This document shows, in pieces, positions 33,313 through 37,643 of a stretch of DNA of 37,643 nucleotides (the first letter of the stretch is position 1; every line of letters starts with the position of its first letter). The translations under genes and the position numbers were made by a program. The stretch comes from Dimargaris cristalligena (Eukaryota), in NCBI GenBank assembly GCA_003614675.1, contig ML002366.1, forward strand, positions 1 to 37,643, written 5' to 3'. The notes beneath the pieces were generated by a model. It worked only from the letters and a program-made list of their open reading frames with translations, searched no databases and was not told the DNA's origin.

Positions 33313-34157
33313 AACCAAAACCCAGATCAACGCGAATGAAACTAAACCCCATCTTCAGCACACACTCTATTATATAGAAATCTTCGAGCTGTACAGATTT
33401 AAAACCACGCTCCCTTTTTTTTGATGTCATTTGTATATATTTTTTTACATGCCACTACATCACTATATATATCGTCCTCGCTTCTTGTATGTTCCTTTTT
33501 GAAAAATGATGTCTAACTTTGTTTTTGGTTTTCCACACTCTGATCCATTTCCTACTGTTACAATCGTAAAAATATGTATATAAAAACATATCGAACACTC
33601 ACCGTCGATGTTTTCTAACATGGTCTCTCTCAAATAAAATACGTTCCGTGGAAGATTAAGCCAATAAAACATATATATTGATTGGTTATTTGTACGTTGC
33701 AATACTATAAATGATACCTAAATATTAAAAGTATGTAATTCCTCAGTTCTTAAGGCGCGAGGCGGCATCCACGGATAATAGAAAAATGGGATGATCACGA
33801 GAGGTGATATAGAAGGACCTTAGCAAAATCATCATTGAACAGACGGGTACTATGTATGATTAAAATATTGAAATAATAAGAATAATAAGAGGGTAATAAA
33901 GTAGAGGAGAAGCTATGGCCGGGCCAATGTCTCTAAGGCTTGGTTATAATGTGTTGTTGCAAATATCTAAACTTAAGTGAGCAACTTTGCAAAAAAGTAA
34001 TAATAGTAATCTATGTAACAAGGGGGAGGGGGGAATTTTTAGGAAGGAAGATAAAATGATTCAATAAAAAACGCGGCAGCCTAGCATAGCGTTAATATTG
34101 GTCCCCAAATTTCACGCATAAAGGGGCGGGAGCATCAAATAAAAAAGTATATTTAGA

Positions 34158-37100
34158 CTAAGGCGGGGTAATGACATGTCGGGACAAAACATTAATTGGC
34201 CCATCTTCATACACCCGCTTAACCCACGACCGGCGTTTCTCATGGGTCCGGGATTTCGGAATCGTAGAGGCCGGAATAAACAATAATTCATCAAGAACCA
34301 AATTATGCTCTTCTAGGACCGCGTCGATAACCAAGGGGGCTAAATTAGCCACATGGCAAATGTCCGTTTCGGTATAGCGAAGAACGGAAGCGACTACCAC
34401 GAGGCGCTCGCGATTGTCGGGTGGGGGCAGCGGCTGTTGAATAGAAGTAGGGGCAGGCCGATTAGGATGTCCATGGCTGGGACCATGGCTACCGTGTCCG
34501 CCGGCGCCGGGCGGATGGAAGGAGGCCGATGAGCGGTTGGATACTCCGTATTCATTGAAATGCGGTGGTGGGGCAAACCCTTGGAAATCCGAATTTGTTG
34601 ATGCGACGGAATAGCGGCTCTTGGACGCACCCGCCATATGCTCAGAAATGGAAAAATGTCCGCTCATACCAACGCCGTGGCCGTGGCCACCACCGACTGC
34701 ACCACTCGTAGAGGTGCGACCGCTGGTGCTATCGTTGCCGGCGGGATACGAAATAGTCGGTCGAATTGATGCCTGATTATTATGGACGGTAATCTGATTC
34801 ACCTTTCCGGGACCCTTCGTGCGGGTTCGGAACAAGACACAGCCGTTGTTTTCTAGAAGGGGATGGGCCCGTTCGACGGTCAATTCAACGTCGGGGACAA
34901 AGTAGGTCAGGCCACCATTGGCCGTTTGGAACGAATCGCACATGCGGCCGAGAACGTACAACAGAGGCTCTTCAGGGACCCCGTTGACTACACTGGTGCC
35001 CGATGTCGGGTCAATATAGAGGAAACCGAGGTCACCGGTTCGCACGTAGGCATATTGAGGATCACCCCCTTGGATGTAGTCCATAATTTGGGAAGTGCCC
35101 AGTTCGACCTCCCCACGGAAATGGGTGCCGGAAATCAGGGGTTTTTGACTTCCACCCCCACTGGTTCCAGCCCCGGTTGAGCCCATGGCGGGTGGTTGAG
35201 TGAGACTAGGCGGTAGCACCGCCGACGTACTATCGACCCTCAGTTTATGACTATACCCCACGGCATTACCCAGGCTATACACCCAGATTTCGCCAATTTC
35301 ACCCGACACGCAAATTTGGCGGGTGTAAGGATTGACCACCGCCACCATGGAATTGCTCGCTACCTTACCGCTATCCTGAATGAGCAAGGCAGGACTATCC
35401 CGGTCGTCGTTACTAAGGGCAACGGCCCGGCCACGGCGAAGACGGGTAAGGCAGAGCCGGAGCGTGGCGGCTTTAATACCCATGTAGGCGCGTGTACTGA
35501 CTACAGCGTTCATGGGATGTGAATACAAATTATTAATGGCGGTCTCTTCCAGTCGGTTGGAGAGGAAATAACCGGCTAGGGAGGTGTAGTATGCGGGGAT
35601 GGCCCGGTCGTCGAGTACAACGCTCAAATTACGCAAATTATGCAGAGTAAACGTGCGATTATCCGAGTAGCTCATGCGGCTCACGGCTCGTTCAAACATG
35701 GTGTAGGTCGCCAAAGCGTCCTTGACCTTGTACCGCTGGAGTAGCTCAAACCAGTGGTGGGGTTGTTCGAGGAAATCCGCATACGGATACAGGATAGTGT
35801 TGCAGCCGTTAAAGATACCCAAGATGGCGAGCTGCAGGAGACCGTAGCCGTAGTAGCAGCGGGTGGAAGCAAGTACGGGGTGACCCGCGGGCATCTGGAA
35901 ATCACTCCTCAGTTGGCGACAGAAGGCGAGCATATTGCCGTGGGATAGCTTCACAAACTGCGGGTGAACATCATCGGGGCCAGGCGGGCAAGCGGTGATT
36001 AGAGCAACATGAGTGGGGGATCCCGAGGTGCGAACCGGGTTGAGGGTGAGCGGAGCCGTCTTACCCCCCAAGAAACCGCCGGATTTATGGGCCTTTGGAC
36101 ATTTGGACACATTAATCCGGTTCAGGCCGCGGGTAAACCGTTGGAATGGCTTGGATTTGAACATCAAGTCCACCTCGGTATTCACCAGCAAGTGGTGAAC
36201 GTTGAACTGCTGTACAGCATCCATAAACTGCACCAAATCTTCCTGAATCCATTTCTCATCCGGGATGGCTAGAGGGATCACAACTGCACCAATAGCCAAA
36301 CAGGCGTGAATGGCGTAGACTAATTCGGGTTCCACGGGTAACATGGCAATAACGTGGTCGCCCTGGCGAATCCCATTCTTGTCAGTCAGATATTGCACCA
36401 AGCTGGCCACTTTCTGGACCAATTTATGGAAGGTGACGGTAGTCGTAGGCGAGCCCGTTGCTAACGAATTACGTTTCTTGCCCTCGAAATACGTGAGGGC
36501 GATTTCGGAGGGAGCGACAGTGGCCCGCCAGTTGAGAACCTCTACGACATTGGTAAACTGCTGCAAATCACGACCAGTGCGTTCGTCTGTACTGGGAAGG
36601 CTAAGTTCCAAACTAGTATGTTGCAACCACCGTCCATAGGCGTTGGGGTCGTGCAATTGCCCCGACCCGTCCTGTGCCATAACCATGCCCCCGGCAGGCG
36701 GGAACCGGTTGTTGATATCCATATTAGCCAAGTCCTGCAGAGTAGGAATATTCAGCGCAATGCGATTGAAGCTCAGTCGCGAATAGCCAATGGCAATGGC
36801 GCCCTTTTCGAAACGGGTCTGGCATAGGTGGGCATTGACAACCCGCTTACCGTATTCGTAAGCACGGGGCAGGGCATCCGTCGCGCAGGCACAGACGGCG
36901 TAGGGGTACAAATAGTGGCGCTCCACCAGGACCGCGTAAACATCGTCACACAGTCGGGGCATATCGGACTCAGAAGCGCGGGTTTCCACCAGAAAAACAG
37001 GCAGGTAGGAATCGTTGACGAATAGTTCAAAAGCAGTGCATTCACCGACGAGACTGATATTGTTCTTAACGGTGTGGACCACGTCGCGGCGGTAATGGAA

Positions 37101-37643
37101 GAAGAGGCACGGTTCGGGGTCAAGGTCGCGGTCAAGGACTTCCGGAATGCCATTCATAGGATTTAATAAGCCAGAAGTTTGGACGGGCGGTGGCCGGGGA
37201 GTTTTGGCATCCATGGCCATAGGCTGGTCGTAGTTACTGACTGCAGTATCATCCAATGCGGACACCACGACTTGACCGGCGTCGGATTTCTCGGGAATTA
37301 AAGTCTGCTGGATACGATCCTCAAACACCCCCAGCACCACTAAGCATCCGTTAATCAGAGTCCCCATCAAACCCGAACGTAGGAATGTTTGGTCGGAAGT
37401 GGCCTCAACCATCGGTAAAGTGGATTCAGAGAATGAGTCAGCTGAGCTGAAGGGGGGTGAGGACGATGCCAGTGGGCCCTGGACCAGTCCCCCGTCGTCT
37501 AGGCTCGTGTCCATTGGATGATGGCTACCCGGTCCCGTCGATGCTGACGTATCAGGCACATAGTACCGGTAACGAGCGTAAAAGATGGCCTGGCTTAATT
37601 TAGGGAGGGCCCAAAACCCGGCCCCAAGCGCGGGACAATCGAT
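34158..37643 (-). CDS. DIP2: DIP2/CPS1 (Cmr2)-like protein with tandem AMP-binding (acyl-CoA synthetase-like) domains; 5'-partial
   Basis: Frame is open to the window edge (IDCPALGAGFWALPKLSQAIFYAR...). Motifs FLRSGLMG, LGVFEDRIQQ, STDERTGRDL..F..VVEVLNWR, YKVKDALATY, LYSHPMNAVVSTRAYMG, IQDSGKV, GEIGEIWV, YVRTGDLGFL and IPKSR..EKRR are typical of fungal DIP2/CPS1. Confidence 0.9.
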   Translation of the reverse strand: MDCPALGAGFWALPKLSQAIFYARYRYYVPDTSASTGPGSHHPMDTSLDDGGLVQGPLASSSPPFSSADSFSESTLPMVEATSDQTFLRSGLMGTLINGCLVVLGVFEDRIQQTLIPEKSDAGQVVVSALDDTAVSNYDQPMAMDAKTPRPPPVQTSGLLNPMNGIPEVLDRDLDPEPCLFFHYRRDVVHTVKNNISLVGECTAFELFVNDSYLPVFLVETRASESDMPRLCDDVYAVLVERHYLYPYAVCACATDALPRAYEYGKRVVNAHLCQTRFEKGAIAIGYSRLSFNRIALNIPTLQDLANMDINNRFPPAGGMVMAQDGSGQLHDPNAYGRWLQHTSLELSLPSTDERTGRDLQQFTNVVEVLNWRATVAPSEIALTYFEGKKRNSLATGSPTTTVTFHKLVQKVASLVQYLTDKNGIRQGDHVIAMLPVEPELVYAIHACLAIGAVVIPLAIPDEKWIQEDLVQFMDAVQQFNVHHLLVNTEVDLMFKSKPFQRFTRGLNRINVSKCPKAHKSGGFLGGKTAPLTLNPVRTSGSPTHVALITACPPGPDDVHPQFVKLSHGNMLAFCRQLRSDFQMPAGHPVLASTRCYYGYGLLQLAILGIFNGCNTILYPYADFLEQPHHWFELLQRYKVKDALATYTMFERAVSRMSYSDNRTFTLHNLRNLSVVLDDRAIPAYYTSLAGYFLSNRLEETAINNLYSHPMNAVVSTRAYMGIKAATLRLCLTRLRRGRAVALSNDDRDSPALLIQDSGKVASNSMVAVVNPYTRQICVSGEIGEIWVYSLGNAVGYSHKLRVDSTSAVLPPSLTQPPAMGSTGAGTSGGGSQKPLISGTHFRGEVELGTSQIMDYIQGGDPQYAYVRTGDLGFLYIDPTSGTSVVNGVPEEPLLYVLGRMCDSFQTANGGLTYFVPDVELTVERAHPLLENNGCVLFRTRTKGPGKVNQITVHNNQASIRPTISYPAGNDSTSGRTSTSGAVGGGHGHGVGMSGHFSISEHMAGASKSRYSVASTNSDFQGFAPPPHFNEYGVSNRSSASFHPPGAGGHGSHGPSHGHPNRPAPTSIQQPLPPPDNRERLVVVASVLRYTETDICHVANLAPLVIDAVLEEHNLVLDELLFIPASTIPKSRTHEKRRSWVKRVYEDGPINVLSRHVITPP

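Noticed and set aside
32590-33430. 246-aa hydrophobic antisense ORF and 194-aa Thr/Arg-rich overlapping ORF
   Set aside because: Frame shadows of GAC/GAG-rich codons of the acidic precursor, which alone has the TATA box, start context and signal peptide.
30900-34200. Dikaritin-type RiPP gene cluster around the repeat precursor
   Set aside because: No DUF3328/UstYa oxidase, tyrosinase, methyltransferase or transporter is visible; the neighbours are housekeeping genes, and DIP2 is not an NRPS.

Overview
Eukaryotic, intron-poor fungal genomic DNA. The gene content (SCFD2-type SM protein, very long single-exon ORFs) suggests an early-diverging fungus such as a zoopagomycete; this is inference only. 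There are four large genes: SAGA subunit Spt20 with polyQ tracts (-), a 1137-aa protein with a tandem uncharacterised fungal domain (+), an SCFD2/MIP3-like Sec1-family protein with a spliced last exon (-), and the 3' part of a DIP2/CPS1 acyl-CoA-synthetase-like gene (-, runs off the right edge). Interspersed are four small secreted-protein genes: a two-domain hevein/CBM18 lectin, a Kex2-site precursor of a cationic Trp-rich peptide, a tiny putatively GPI-anchored Thr/His-rich protein, and a Kex2-processed repeat protein (QALYRR units) releasing acidic EWD-containing peptides. The two peptide precursors are the best candidates for an undescribed system. A dense GATA-box cluster sits at the left edge. 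I found no tRNA, rRNA, CRISPR or recognisable transposon.
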